Of a DNA stretch of 64,000 bases, positions 10,813-20,963 are shown piece by piece. The notes beneath the pieces are model-generated. The model had not been told where the DNA came from. It made no database searches and saw only the letters and a program-made list of their open reading frames with translations. Origin of the DNA: Bacteriovoracaceae bacterium (lineage in GTDB: Bacteria; Bdellovibrionota; Bacteriovoracia; Bacteriovoracales; Bacteriovoracaceae); the NCBI GenBank assembly GCA_965217035.1, contig OZ244226.1:1346146-1410145 (forward strand), in the 5' to 3' direction. The position numbers were made by a program, and so were the translations under genes. Numbering within the stretch: position 1 is the first letter of the stretch; every line of letters begins with the position of its first letter.

Positions 10813-13200
10813 ATGGTATCTAATCTAGGCGGCGATCAAATTGAATTTCGAGACGAACTACCGCTACTCCCTGTAAGAGATATTGTTGTTTACCCATTTA
10901 TGATCTTGCCATTGTTCGTAGGGCGAGAGTCATCAGTTCTAGCAGTCGAAGAGGCTATCAATAATTTTGACCGATTGATTGTTTTATCAAGTCAAAAAGA
11001 TATCCAAACCGAAAATCCTGACCCTTCAGAAATTTTCGATGTTGCGACTGTTGCTATGATTATGAGAATGAGAAAACTTCCTGATGGAAGAATTAAGATT
11101 CTTGTTCAAGGCCTGAACAAAGTTAGAATTCTTCAATATGAAGAACTTTCTCCTTTCTATAAGGTCAAAGTTTCTAAAGTGGAATGCGACAAAGTTGATC
11201 CTCAATCAACGGAAATTCAGGCAGTTGTTAGAAATGTAAAAGAAAAACTTGAGAAAGTTATTCAAAGTTCAAGGAGCTTGAGTCCTGATATCCTCATGGT
11301 TCTTGAAGACATTGAAGATCCTGGAAGACTTGCCGATCTTATTGCCTCAAATTTATCTCTACGTGTGACGGAAGCACAAATTATTTTGGAAACAGAAAAT
11401 CCAAAAGACCGCCTCGTCTATATTGATGAACTTCTTGCAAAAGAAATAGAGATCCTTGAAGCACAAAATAAATTAAAAACACATAGTGAAAATACATCTG
11501 ATCATGAAGACTTTCTCAAAGAACAAATTCGATCTATTCGTTCTGATTTAACAGATAGCGAAGAAGTTGATGAGTTCACTGAGATGAAAGAAAAACTCAA
11601 TCAGAAAAACCTTCCAAAAGAAGTTGCCAAAGAAGCTTTCAAACAACTTTCAAGACTTGAAAGAATGCATCCAGAATCATCTGAATCAAATATCCTCAGA
11701 GGGTATATGGAATGGATGATCGATCTTCCTTGGTCAGAACTTAGCGAAGAAATTGTCGACATGGAATACGCACAAGAAGTTCTTGATGAAGATCATTTCG
11801 ATCTTAACAAAATCAAAGAAAGAATTCTTGAACACCTTGCAGTCCGCTCACTCAAAGGAGCACAAACAAAAGGACCTATCCTTTGTTTTGCTGGACCTCC
11901 TGGTGTTGGAAAAACATCACTTGGAAAATCGATTGCACGAGCAACTGGTAGAAAATTTGTTCGAATCAGTCTCGGTGGGGTGAAAGACGAATCAGAAATT
12001 CGAGGTCATAGAAGAACTTATGTTGGTGCTATGCCAGGAAGGTTCATTCAAGCGATGAAACAAGCAGGAACTGTAAACCCAGTCATCATGCTTGATGAGA
12101 TTGATAAACTTGGATCAGATTATAAAGGGGATCCTTCAAGTGCCCTTCTTGAAGTCCTTGATCCAGAACAAAATATTACGTTCAGAGATAATTATGTCAA
12201 CGTTCCTTATGATCTTTCAAACGTTATGTTTATTGCAACAGCGAACGTTCTTCAGAATATCCCAGAACCACTTATGGACAGAATGGAAGTTATTCAACTT
12301 TCTGGATACTCTCAAGAAGAAAAATTAGAAATCTCAAAGCGCTATCTCGTACCAAAGCAAAAAGATGAGAATGGTGTTAATGACGAACAAATTGAGTTTA
12401 CTGATGAAGCTCTCGTACAAGTTATTAAAGGCTTTACAAGAGAAGCGGGACTCAGAAATCTTGAAAGGCAAATTGGATCACTTTGCAGAAAAGTTGCTAA
12501 GAAAATTGCAACGGGTGATAACGCAAAAACTCATCTTCTTGCAGAGACCGTTAATGAACTCTTAGGACCGGCTCCTTACTCTCATGAGGAAGAGACTCGG
12601 TACGATGAAATAGGTGTTGTGACAGGACTTGCTTGGACTTCAGCTGGTGGAGAAATTCTTCAAATTGAAGCGACAACGATGAAAGGTAAGGGGATCACTC
12701 TTACTGGAAAGCTTGGAGAGACAATGAAGGAGTCTGCACAGGCAGCAATGGGATTCATAAGAAGTCATGCGGAAACACTCGGTATTAATGAAGATGTTTT
12801 TGAAAATAAAGAGATTCATATCCATCTTCCAGCTGGAGCAATTCCAAAAGACGGACCAAGTGCAGGTATTACGCTTGCAACAGCTATTGTTTCTGTTCTA
12901 ACTGGTTCTTTTATCAGTAGCGATATCGCTATGACTGGTGAAATTACTCTGACAGGAAAAGTTCTTCCGGTTGGAGGGATTAAAGAGAAATGCCTAGCAG
13001 CGATGAGAACAGGAATCAATACTATTATTATCCCTTGGAAAAATCAGAAAGACCTTGTGGATATCCCAGAACAGTATCGAAAGAAAATCAACTTTGTTCC
13101 GGTGAGAAACGTAATGGAAGTTCTTGAGCTCGCACTCAATAATTGGGAACCCTTAAAAAAGAAGAAAGACAAGAAAAAAGGCGCACTCAGGGCCGCATAA
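10813..13200 (+). CDS. lon: Lon ATP-dependent protease
   Basis: [14 protein letters not shown]-domain, [23 protein letters not shown] catalytic Ser, GGIKEK catalytic Lys. Confidence 0.98.
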   Translation: MVSNLGGDQIEFRDELPLLPVRDIVVYPFMILPLFVGRESSVLAVEEAINNFDRLIVLSSQKDIQTENPDPSEIFDVATVAMIMRMRKLPDGRIKILVQGLNKVRILQYEELSPFYKVKVSKVECDKVDPQSTEIQAVVRNVKEKLEKVIQSSRSLSPDILMVLEDIEDPGRLADLIASNLSLRVTEAQIILETENPKDRLVYIDELLAKEIEILEAQNKLKTHSENTSDHEDFLKEQIRSIRSDLTDSEEVDEFTEMKEKLNQKNLPKEVAKEAFKQLSRLERMHPESSESNILRGYMEWMIDLPWSELSEEIVDMEYAQEVLDEDHFDLNKIKERILEHLAVRSLKGAQTKGPILCFAGPPGVGKTSLGKSIARATGRKFVRISLGGVKDESEIRGHRRTYVGAMPGRFIQAMKQAGTVNPVIMLDEIDKLGSDYKGDPSSALLEVLDPEQNITFRDNYVNVPYDLSNVMFIATANVLQNIPEPLMDRMEVIQLSGYSQEEKLEISKRYLVPKQKDENGVNDEQIEFTDEALVQVIKGFTREAGLRNLERQIGSLCRKVAKKIATGDNAKTHLLAETVNELLGPAPYSHEEETRYDEIGVVTGLAWTSAGGEILQIEATTMKGKGITLTGKLGETMKESAQAAMGFIRSHAETLGINEDVFENKEIHIHLPAGAIPKDGPSAGITLATAIVSVLTGSFISSDIAMTGEITLTGKVLPVGGIKEKCLAAMRTGINTIIIPWKNQKDLVDIPEQYRKKINFVPVRNVMEVLELALNNWEPLKKKKDKKKGALRAA

Positions 13201-13202
13201 AG

Positions 13203-13235
13203 AAAAAAGCCCCCGCCGAAGCGGGGGCTTTTTTT
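13203..13235. terminator. Bidirectional intrinsic terminator
   Basis: AAAAAAGCCCCCGC-CGAA-GCGGGGGCTTTTTTT between convergent genes. Confidence 0.92.
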
Positions 13236-13256
13236 ATTTCCTGAACTAATATCTGA

Positions 13257-13775
13257 TTAGAAATTAGCTTCGAAGTAAGAACAAGTTTTCCCAGAGTTAG
13301 AAGCAACGATTACAACAGTATCATTTCCTCTTCTAAGAGATTTTGGAGAGATTGTAAGACTAGCTGAACCAACATCACCTTTTGAGTAATCAAATTGGTA
13401 CATTCTTGTCCCTTCATTGTTATTTTGAGAAAAGTATCCGTTTTCTTTGTTGAAACCGATGATAACGTTTTTACATCTAGTTGAATCGATTACAACACTT
13501 TTATTGCTACCATTTCTCACTTTTTTGATTGTTCCACTACAGTTTGAATGAAGAAGTCTTTCAACTCCAAAGTCAGCTCTTGGAGCATTAACTTTTTCAC
13601 CATTCTTAATCTTTTTAGTCGGTTGACACCCACCATGAGCATTAATTTTAGAGATTAAAGATTCAATACTTCTAATCTCTTTAGATCTATCTTTAACTCT
13701 CTTAGCACCTGTTTTTGATTGTGCAAAAGATCCAACAGCTAAAGATACAGCAAAAAGTCCTACTAATAATTTCAT
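13257..13775 (-). CDS. Secreted hypothetical protein
   Basis: Signal peptide MKLLVGLFAVSLAVGSFA; AGGAGG RBS; 4 Cys. Confidence 0.8.
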   Translation of the reverse strand: MKLLVGLFAVSLAVGSFAQSKTGAKRVKDRSKEIRSIESLISKINAHGGCQPTKKIKNGEKVNAPRADFGVERLLHSNCSGTIKKVRNGSNKSVVIDSTRCKNVIIGFNKENGYFSQNNNEGTRMYQFDYSKGDVGSASLTISPKSLRRGNDTVVIVASNSGKTCSYFEANF

Positions 13776-13881
13776 AAAAGCCTCCTAAAAATTATTACTT
13801 AAGATTTAATTGTTTTTTAAGTGGTAAGATCATATCCACAGAACAGGGATCAACACAATGCGAGAGTAAATTTTACAGAGT

Positions 13882-13910
13882 AAAAAAAAGCCCTCTGAAA
13901 AGAGGGCCTT
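13882..13910 (-). terminator. Intrinsic terminator
   Basis: Minus strand GCCCTCT-TTTC-AGAGGGC followed by a T-run, just after the 13933 stop. Confidence 0.8.
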
Positions 13911-13932
13911 GAAAGTCATATGTTTGTTTAAA

Positions 13933-14550
13933 TTACTTACAAACGTTTTGCTTTTTCTTGAAATCTTGAACTGAGTAATAAGTTTCTTGAGTTGTCTTAG
14001 AAGATCTTGAAGACTGACCTTTAATCTTAATAACCTGTCCACCATAAGTAATAGCGAAAGCAACATAGCTTTTGAAGCTTTTTCCATTAGATCCGTAACA
14101 AGTGTTATTAACGTATTTGTTTACTCTATAAGCTTCAAATTCTTTAGTTGTGTTACCCCAAGCAACTAATTTCCCAGAGTGATTTAAAGCGATGTTTACG
14201 ATCTTAGTGTTTGTGTTAGAAACAACAGTGTATTTCTTAACATTTTCCATAAGAACTTTTTTAACAGCCTTAGGACAAGAACCATATCCATTATCAGTGT
14301 TCTTTAGGTAGTAAAGGTCTCCATAACGAACATAATAAATCACAGCTGCGTCGTTTTTGTGTCGAGAGATCTTGTAGCTAGAAACGTTGTTAGTCACCTG
14401 ACAACGCTGATTTGAACCTCTAATGTATCTAAAAAGATCTCCATCAGATTCTAATTCATACTTGTAAGCAACGTCATTTGAACGAGCATTCTTAGTTTGT
14501 GCGAAAGCCGCAGAAGTTAGAACAAGTGATAGTAAAACAATTAATTTCAT
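13933..14550 (-). CDS. Secreted hypothetical protein with short internal beta repeats
   Basis: Signal peptide ending AFA; GAGGAGG RBS; recurring VxxY/F units (VSSYK, VKKYT, VNKYV, VQDFK). Confidence 0.8.
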   Translation of the reverse strand: MKLIVLLSLVLTSAAFAQTKNARSNDVAYKYELESDGDLFRYIRGSNQRCQVTNNVSSYKISRHKNDAAVIYYVRYGDLYYLKNTDNGYGSCPKAVKKVLMENVKKYTVVSNTNTKIVNIALNHSGKLVAWGNTTKEFEAYRVNKYVNNTCYGSNGKSFKSYVAFAITYGGQVIKIKGQSSRSSKTTQETYYSVQDFKKKQNVCK

Positions 14551-14580
14551 AAACCCTCCTCAAAGTTTCAAAGTTGAGTG

Positions 14581-14609
14581 AAACTATGATTGAAGAGGGC
14601 AACTGTCAA
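14581..14609 (-). promoter_or_regulatory. Sigma70-type promoter
   Basis: TTGACA-17-TAGTTT upstream of 14550. Confidence 0.6.
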
Positions 14610-14654
14610 GGCATTTCGAAGCTAAAATGTTTCCATCACTTAGACGTTTAAGAA

Positions 14655-15767
14655 TTAAAAATTATCGATTAGATCTACTAATCCAGGCATGTCGATGAAT
14701 GGGTTTCTAACATTTTGGATTTTATAGATTTCTTCATTTCTTTCTTTTTCCATTTCGTCGACAGGGTCATTTTGACTCCATTGTTTAAGCGTCTTCTCTT
14801 CGATGTCTCTGATTGGAAGATTGTGACGAACAGAGAAGTAGAAAATAGACCGAGCAACGTTTCCTTTAGATTCTGCTGGCGGCTCAAAACGAATGGTTTG
14901 GTTATCATCTTTACTATAACCGAGACGCACCTTTGTTATACAAGCTAACTCAAGATCACATTTTTCCTGGCTATATGGTCCACCTGATTTTGGACATTTA
15001 TTCTCAATAGATTTAACTCTACTATGGTAACCATCACTCAAAGTAACGACATCACCAAACTCATAGTTTGACCTAAGATTATTAAGTATATGGTTTGAAG
15101 GATAGAGAATATGCATATCACCTTTTTTAACAAATTTCTCTTGACCACCTGCTTTGCTAAAACTATCGGTTTCAGGATCATAAACGAAACGCGATTGAGG
15201 CCACACATGTTCAGCATTAAAAACTTCGTGCCAAGGAGCCACTCCTGGTCCTAAAACTTTTTTACCTGGATAGTCCTTATAATCTTCTTTTGTATATTCA
15301 TGTAAGCAATAAATATCTTTAACTTTGTAAGTATCTAAATCTTTTCCTTTAAGATGAATTCTTCCAAAAAGATTTTGTCTTGCAGATTTATAACTTACAC
15401 TTCTTAGCTCTTTACAGTTCTGGCCTGAGTCTTCACCACAAGTACTTGTAAGCTGATCTACTGATCCCTTAGCAACAATATGAGCGCTATTAATAATTCT
15501 ACTAAGAGTTTCCTTTATCGTTTCACCCTCTACTCGAGTTTGAAGATCATTAGCTATCAACCCTGCATAATAAGAATGGATAACACTTGGGCCTGGCGCT
15601 GGAGCCGGATTTGGAGGCGTTACCGGATTTGGAGGTGTTACCGGTTTTGACGGCTTACCTTTTGTACTCGTAGGCTCAAAAATACTAAAGAACTTGTCCC
15701 AAGACCATTTTTGCGAGTGGCAGTTAAAGCTAGTGAATAATAAACCTAAAAGTAATACTGATTTCAT
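14655..15767 (-). CDS. Secreted endonuclease I family DNase/RNase
   Basis: NAEHVWPQS, DMHILYPS..LNNLRSN, FEPP..KGNVARSIFYF, DPVD..E..RN...Q..RNPFID. Signal peptide starts at ATG 15767. Confidence 0.9.
   Translation of the reverse strand: MKSVLLLGLLFTSFNCHSQKWSWDKFFSIFEPTSTKGKPSKPVTPPNPVTPPNPAPAPGPSVIHSYYAGLIANDLQTRVEGETIKETLSRIINSAHIVAKGSVDQLTSTCGEDSGQNCKELRSVSYKSARQNLFGRIHLKGKDLDTYKVKDIYCLHEYTKEDYKDYPGKKVLGPGVAPWHEVFNAEHVWPQSRFVYDPETDSFSKAGGQEKFVKKGDMHILYPSNHILNNLRSNYEFGDVVTLSDGYHSRVKSIENKCPKSGGPYSQEKCDLELACITKVRLGYSKDDNQTIRFEPPAESKGNVARSIFYFSVRHNLPIRDIEEKTLKQWSQNDPVDEMEKERNEEIYKIQNVRNPFIDMPGLVDLIDNF
15605..15644. repeat. 18-bp tandem repeat encoding a PVTPPN x2 linker
   Basis: ccggatttggaggcgtta / ccggatttggaggtgtta / ccgg. 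Confidence 0.85.
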
Positions 15768-16948
15768 ACTAATTTCCTCAAGATAAATCGTTATCAATTC
15801 AGGGTAATGGCCCTGCTTATACGCGTCAATAAACCTTGTTGAATTTACACCCTTTCAAGATTGCCTGACAAGGTTAAAATTTCTAGAGATTGATATAATT
15901 AATGGGATGAAAGCCTATAAGTTTCTTATACTTAGCCTTTTTACTTGCTCTTTCAACGTAAAGGCTACCTTAAACCCTGCGCGATTTTGTAAATCTATCG
16001 TTCAAATCAAAAAGGTTCCAAAACGAGTTCAAAGTTCTCACCGATCCTATAACCAATCAAGTTTCTCTCTTGAACCTACCTGGGAAGCTGCAAAAAGAGA
16101 TCTTTTTAATGAAAACCTTAACCCCTACCATCGAATAAGGCTCGCTTATTTTCTAATCGATGAATTTCCTCCAAATTCATCTCAATTCATATACTACCAA
16201 AAAATCATACAAGAAATTCTTGAAGATCCGGAGAACCAAGCAATCAAGCAGGTTCTCAATTATGTGAAGGACAATAATTTAGCTTTTTTACAATCGGAAT
16301 ATTTTCGAAAACTTTATTTTGATGAAGTCCTTGATGATATTGCTAGCACCAGCTTTCGTTACGTTAAAAAAGAAAGAAAAGGATTTGTTCCTAATTACGA
16401 AACAATGAGCTTGGATGGATTAGAAAAAATAAAAGAATTAAAGAAGAGCTTTGAAGAAATAAAAAGATTTTTAACTCAAATTCAAAATGGTACTGCTGAT
16501 ATTTCAAGATCTAATGAGATCTCTCAATTGATCGCCCAGTTTAAAGAAGTTCCATCGAATGCTAAAAATCTCAAATACAATAAAAGACTTTATTTATTCC
16601 TTAAAGAGATTTCTAGCGAAACAACTAAGGATGAAATTGATTTTTATATCCGATTCACTGATACAAGCATTATTGCTTTTGAAAAATTTCTAAGGCCATA
16701 TGAGTATTTAGATACCGCTCCTCAAGCCAGAGTCACATTCAAGGGGAACCTCTTTAAAATACTTAGTGATTTCTTTAAAAAAGAGTCAGATGCAATAGAG
16801 TCCTTTACCCGTTTTAGAGATTGGATAATAAGACAGTCTAAAAGAGATTATATTATCTCTCTATGGAAAAACGCCTTAGAAAAAGTTGCTGGGCTTACAG
16901 AATTTGTTCAAAAATTAATTTTTGGAAATATTAGAGGAGATTTCATTA

Positions 16949-17824
16949 GGGCGTGTTTTCAAAGTTTACTCCACATAAGAATCGCTCCCAGTAAAACCAT
17001 GGTCATATAGTTTCGAGCAAGCTTTTCAAATCTCATTGCAATCGACCTAAATTGCTTTAAGTTACAAAAAGAATTCTCGACAACATGTCTGTCTCTATAA
17101 AGTTCCTTGTCGTAAACAATCTCCTTCTTTCGACTTCTTCTTCCTGGAATAACAGGACTTACTCCTCTCGCTTCGAGTGACTTTCTGAACAAATCTGCAT
17201 CATAACCTTTATCAGCAAGAAGTTGCTCGACTTGATCGGGTAACTCTTCAATAAATTCATACGCGGTATCAATGTCATGAATATTGCCTGGACTTAATTT
17301 AATGATCTCCGGATTACCGTAGCTGTCTGTTAAAAGGTGAATCTTTGTTGTGGGACCACCTGAGCTTTTTCCTATCTTCTGATCACCATTTTTTTTCGAG
17401 CACCATGAGCATGTTGATGAGCTCGAACAATACTTGAATCCAAGGCAACGTTTTGCTTTGTTAACTTGTCTTTAATCAGAACAAAAACTTCTTGGAAGAT
17501 TCCTGATTCTGACCAACGATTAAAACGAGTGTAAACTGATTGCCAAGGACCAAACTCAACAGGGAGATCTCTCCAGGGACAACCGACTCTAAGCTTCCAA
17601 ATCATTCCTTCAAGCATTGTTCGGTTACATTTTGAGGGACGAGCGCAGCGACCACGTTCAGCTGGTAAAAGAGGTTCTATTTTTTTCCACATAGTGTTTG
17701 TTAAAAATAATCGTTCTGTTGTTTTCATAGATCTATGAAAGTAGAATTATGATCAATGGCCAAGATAAATGACCTTAAAAGGCCTTACATTTTCTCAGAC
17801 CCTTCTAACTTTGAAGACACGCCC
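16949..17824 (-). mobile_element. IS5-family (IS427-like) insertion sequence, 876 bp
   Basis: 18-bp terminal inverted repeats GGGCGTGT(T/C)TTCAAAGTT with 1 mismatch; TA duplication at 16947-16948 and 17825-17826; two-ORF transposase. Confidence 0.95.
16959..17728 (-). CDS. IS5-family DDE transposase, ~256 aa via -1 frameshift
   Basis: ORF A has W..IEPLLP, GCPWRDLP..FGPWQSVY.RFNRWS and ALDSS. After the A8 run (17389-17396) the -1 frame reads KNGDQKIGKSSGGPTTKIH...LLADKGYD...YRDRHVVENSF..LKQFR.IA.RFEK to the stop at 16959. Confidence 0.92.
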
Positions 17825-18796
17825 TAAAGGTACTAATATTGCTTTGGGGAATGACGGAATAAAAGAAAATCTCAAAGATATTCTCATTCGTAATGAAAAA
17901 CTTCGAAAACAATCTGTTGCTTTTTATCATCAAATTTCAAGACTTACTCCTACAGCCAAAAAACCATCTGACTCTTATCGTTTTTGGGAAAAAACTGATG
18001 TTGATGTCTATCAAATTGCTTTAAATGTCACAAAAACACAGGAAAATCCTAGGGGTTCGAAAACTCAAGCTCTGCGTATCATGAGCGTTTTTGGTCATAA
18101 TGATGTTCTAGAGTTTTTTAATGTCACTCCCGATCTTTTAAATAAGTATTATGGTGATATCCCTAACCATGCTGATATCTTAAAAGAATTTAAAGCTCTT
18201 AATCTTATGAGACCCGATCGATCCTCACCATTTTATGCTCCAGGCTCAATTGGAGGACTCAATATACCGAACTCCTATATTCAACAAATGAAAAAATATC
18301 ATGATGAACTAAGCGACTTAATTGACCGATGGCCTGAAAAAGAAATTGTACCAACCAGTAGAAAAGAAGAATATTTAGAAAAGATTTTTAGATCAGGTTA
18401 TTACCACTTTGTCGGAGGAACTTACACTGCATCCGAGTTTCTTATTCATGGATTCGGAACATTTTGGGGAATAAATCTCCCAAATACTTTCTCTTATCTT
18501 CTTGGACATTATTATAAAAAGATAACGATGGTGAACACTTATTTGCCTAAACGAGCAAAATTTCTCTATCAAAAAATGGGAATCACAAAGATAAAAAACC
18601 TAAGCCCTGAAAAGATACATTCATTATTAATAGAAGTTAACCGACTCTTACCTGAGAATGAAGCGAAATGGGACATGGTAGATCTACAGGTTGCAAAACT
18701 TATGCTGGATATCAACTTACTTCACCTTGATATCTCCACTTATCAACATTTAGAATCGTCTGACTGGGCCTTTCGTCAAATAGTCGAAGAAAGTCG

Positions 18797-19249
18797 CTAG
18801 TCCCAAAGCTTTCGACTAAACTTTAGCTCTTCAACTTCTTTTTGAATTTTATTCTCAATAAAGTCTTCGGGGATAAGTGATTTATCAAGATCGACAAAAG
18901 ATTGAATATTTCTAAATTTTTGCTCAGCTAAATAGCGTGCTCGTTCTTCAATCAAATCTTGAATCGGCTTTTTGGGCAAGAAATAATAAACTAAATCACA
19001 ATCCAAAGATTCTGCGACACGCCTCAATCTTTTTATTGTAATCCCTTCTTCAAACTCAGCCTTCTCAGTCTCACTCATCGTTGTCGGAGAGACTCCAACT
19101 CGAGCAGCCAAAGCTTTAGAACTCATCCCAAGGGCCTCCCGAATAAACCGAATCCAGCCCTTGGGAGGTCTTGCAACCATATCCTGCTCTTTCAACTGGG
19201 TAAGACGTTCTTGTACGTGCTTTAATTGAAGGATCCTAACTTTTTTCAT
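18797..19249 (-). CDS. Mobile mystery protein A-like XRE HTH protein
   Basis: RPPKGWIR.IREALGMS..LA.R.GVS, ITIKRLRRVAESLDCDLVYYFLP and terminal LWD match the TIGR02612-type pattern. Confidence 0.85.
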   Translation of the reverse strand: MKKVRILQLKHVQERLTQLKEQDMVARPPKGWIRFIREALGMSSKALAARVGVSPTTMSETEKAEFEEGITIKRLRRVAESLDCDLVYYFLPKKPIQDLIEERARYLAEQKFRNIQSFVDLDKSLIPEDFIENKIQKEVEELKFSRKLWD

Positions 19250-19363
19250 TGCCTTCTCCTTAGAGTCCGACTATTTTCTACGCTTATATACGAATTTTTT
19301 ATGCTTGTAGAGCGAAATTTTAAAAATTAGAATAAAACTAAGTTTCTAATAAAAGGATGTTGT

Positions 19364-19762
19364 GTGACGAGTAACCCGGAAGAAGCCTTTAATATTATTG
19401 TAGTCGACGACTCACAGTTTTCTCGTGAGCAAGTTTCAGGAATACTCACTCAATATGGGTTTGAAGTGACAGGGCAATTCTCTAATGCCAATGAAGCGCT
19501 CCAGTTTATTTATGAAAACTCAGTTCAATTAGCCATCATTGATGTTGTTATGCCTAAGATTAGTGGTTTTGAACTCGCTCAGAAAATTCAGGACAAATTC
19601 AAAAAAACTAAGGTTGTAATGATTTCTTCGCTTTCTCAAGAAAGAGTTGTTTTAGAAGCAATTGCTTCAGGAGCGCATGACTTTATTCAAAAACCTATTC
19701 AGGAATCAGTGCTTATTGATTCTGTGAAAAAGGTTTACAAAATTCACACAGAGGATCGTTAA
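19364..19762 (+). CDS. Single-domain CheY-like response regulator
   Basis: IVVDDS, IIDVVMP (phospho-Asp), MISS, FIQKP. Confidence 0.92.
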   Translation: MTSNPEEAFNIIVVDDSQFSREQVSGILTQYGFEVTGQFSNANEALQFIYENSVQLAIIDVVMPKISGFELAQKIQDKFKKTKVVMISSLSQERVVLEAIASGAHDFIQKPIQESVLIDSVKKVYKIHTEDR

Positions 19763-20226
19763 TGCCAATTAGAGTCATGGATTATTTTCCTGAAACTGTT
19801 GCTCTTAATCCCGAGATTAGTTTTCAAATTGTGAATAATAAAAAGTTCTCTCAAATTCCTCGAGATCAAAAAGAATTTATCTCTTTTGAAATATCAGGAA
19901 ATCTTAAAGGAAGTATTATTGCTTGTTCAGACTCCTCTCTCTCTGATCTTGTTCGAGGAGTTCTAGTAGAAGCATTAAATATCGTTATTGGAAAAACAAT
20001 TAGCTCTATTGAAGAAGAAGCTGGTTTTATAATGCACCTTAATGCTCCTAAAATTGAGAAGGATCCTCCTTGCGATATTTCTGCTAAAAATACAATGTTT
20101 TACCAATTAAAACTGAACCATGAAGTCATTAATTGTTTCTTGTTTCATGATCTTCAACAACAAGTCGATCTAAAACTTAGAACCTCACCAGTCATTCATG
20201 AAAATGAAGGAGTTACCAATGTTTAA
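19762..20226 (+). CDS. CheX/CheC-like phosphatase (putative)
   Basis: ISGNLKGSII, EALNIVIG (E-x2-N motif) and a downstream L.AP.I; coupled to the response regulator. Confidence 0.55.
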   Translation: MPIRVMDYFPETVALNPEISFQIVNNKKFSQIPRDQKEFISFEISGNLKGSIIACSDSSLSDLVRGVLVEALNIVIGKTISSIEEEAGFIMHLNAPKIEKDPPCDISAKNTMFYQLKLNHEVINCFLFHDLQQQVDLKLRTSPVIHENEGVTNV

Positions 20227-20554
20227 AGCGATAGGTTTTATTGTGAGTTTTCTTTCTTGTTATCTTATTCTCTCAATTCCTACCAGTGAAAACAAAGTTG
20301 TTTTCCATCATGTGTATAAAGTTGCAAACCCCGCTATTGTTAAAACATACAGGTCTTTAAAAAAGTTATTTCTTCCAAAAGTTAAAGAGAGTCTTCCTGG
20401 ATTTCAGGAGGCAGTTGAAAGTAAAGCAGCGGAAGTAAATACAGAGATTAGAGAGTCTGTTGTTGAGATCATCAATGAACACCTCGATGATGATCCCAAC
20501 AAAGCTAAGGCAGAAACAGAAGTCTTTGATGATTATGACTTTAGTAACAATTAA
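20219..20554 (+). CDS. Hypothetical protein with an N-terminal hydrophobic segment
   Basis: AAGGAG RBS before ATG 20219. Confidence 0.7.
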   Translation: MFKAIGFIVSFLSCYLILSIPTSENKVVFHHVYKVANPAIVKTYRSLKKLFLPKVKESLPGFQEAVESKAAEVNTEIRESVVEIINEHLDDDPNKAKAETEVFDDYDFSNN

Positions 20555-20778
20555 GCATTATCAAGTGTTTCATTGCTATTAGCAATAAATCTTTTCTTAT
20601 CTTCTTCTGGTTTCTTTTCATTCTCCCTGGAATGGTCTTCGTAAAAAGGACAATTGAGACGATCACCATTCATTGCATGAGCCGGTGATGTTCCTATTGC
20701 CTTTTTTGTTTCTATGGCGACAGATGTTTTAAGTCCTAAGAGCGCAAAAAAGATAATAAAAATAGAGATGTGCTTCAT
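20551..20778 (-). CDS. Small secreted protein (75 aa)
   Basis: AGGAGG RBS at 20783-20788; signal peptide MKHISIFIIFFALLGLKTSVA; charged, disorder-like mature part. Confidence 0.8.
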   Translation of the reverse strand: MKHISIFIIFFALLGLKTSVAIETKKAIGTSPAHAMNGDRLNCPFYEDHSRENEKKPEEDKKRFIANSNETLDNA

Positions 20779-20832
20779 AATTCCTCCTACCTTTGGAATC
20801 GTTAAAAATTCAAACAATCTGTTGAACTATAA

Positions 20833-20848
20833 AGCAAAGGTTGTGCCA
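20833..20848 (-). promoter_or_regulatory. Sigma54 (-24/-12) promoter
   Basis: TGGCAC-AACCT-TTGCT, an exact TGGCAC-N5-TTGCW match, ~55 bp upstream of ATG 20778. Confidence 0.8.
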
Positions 20849-20884
20849 AAAGCTGACACTAAGAAAAGTGAAGTAAAATTGAGT

Positions 20885-20909
20885 ACTTGAGAGATCCTAG
20901 CTCTCAAGT
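20885..20909. repeat. Perfect 9-bp inverted repeat (terminator of the Tad operon or a protein-binding site)
   Basis: ACTTGAGAG-N7-CTCTCAAGT. Confidence 0.6.
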
Positions 20910-20963
20910 TTATACAGTAAATCTGATTATTTAATAAAAAGATGTCAAAAAAGTAGACGATCT

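Larger units (their letters stand above)
15907..18800 (+). pseudogene. Secreted hypothetical protein (~671 aa when restored) interrupted by an IS
   Basis: Removing 16949-17826 (IS plus one TA) joins ...FGNIRGDFI-K-GTNIALGNDG... in frame, fusing ORFs 15907..17010 and 17769..18800. Confidence 0.9.
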
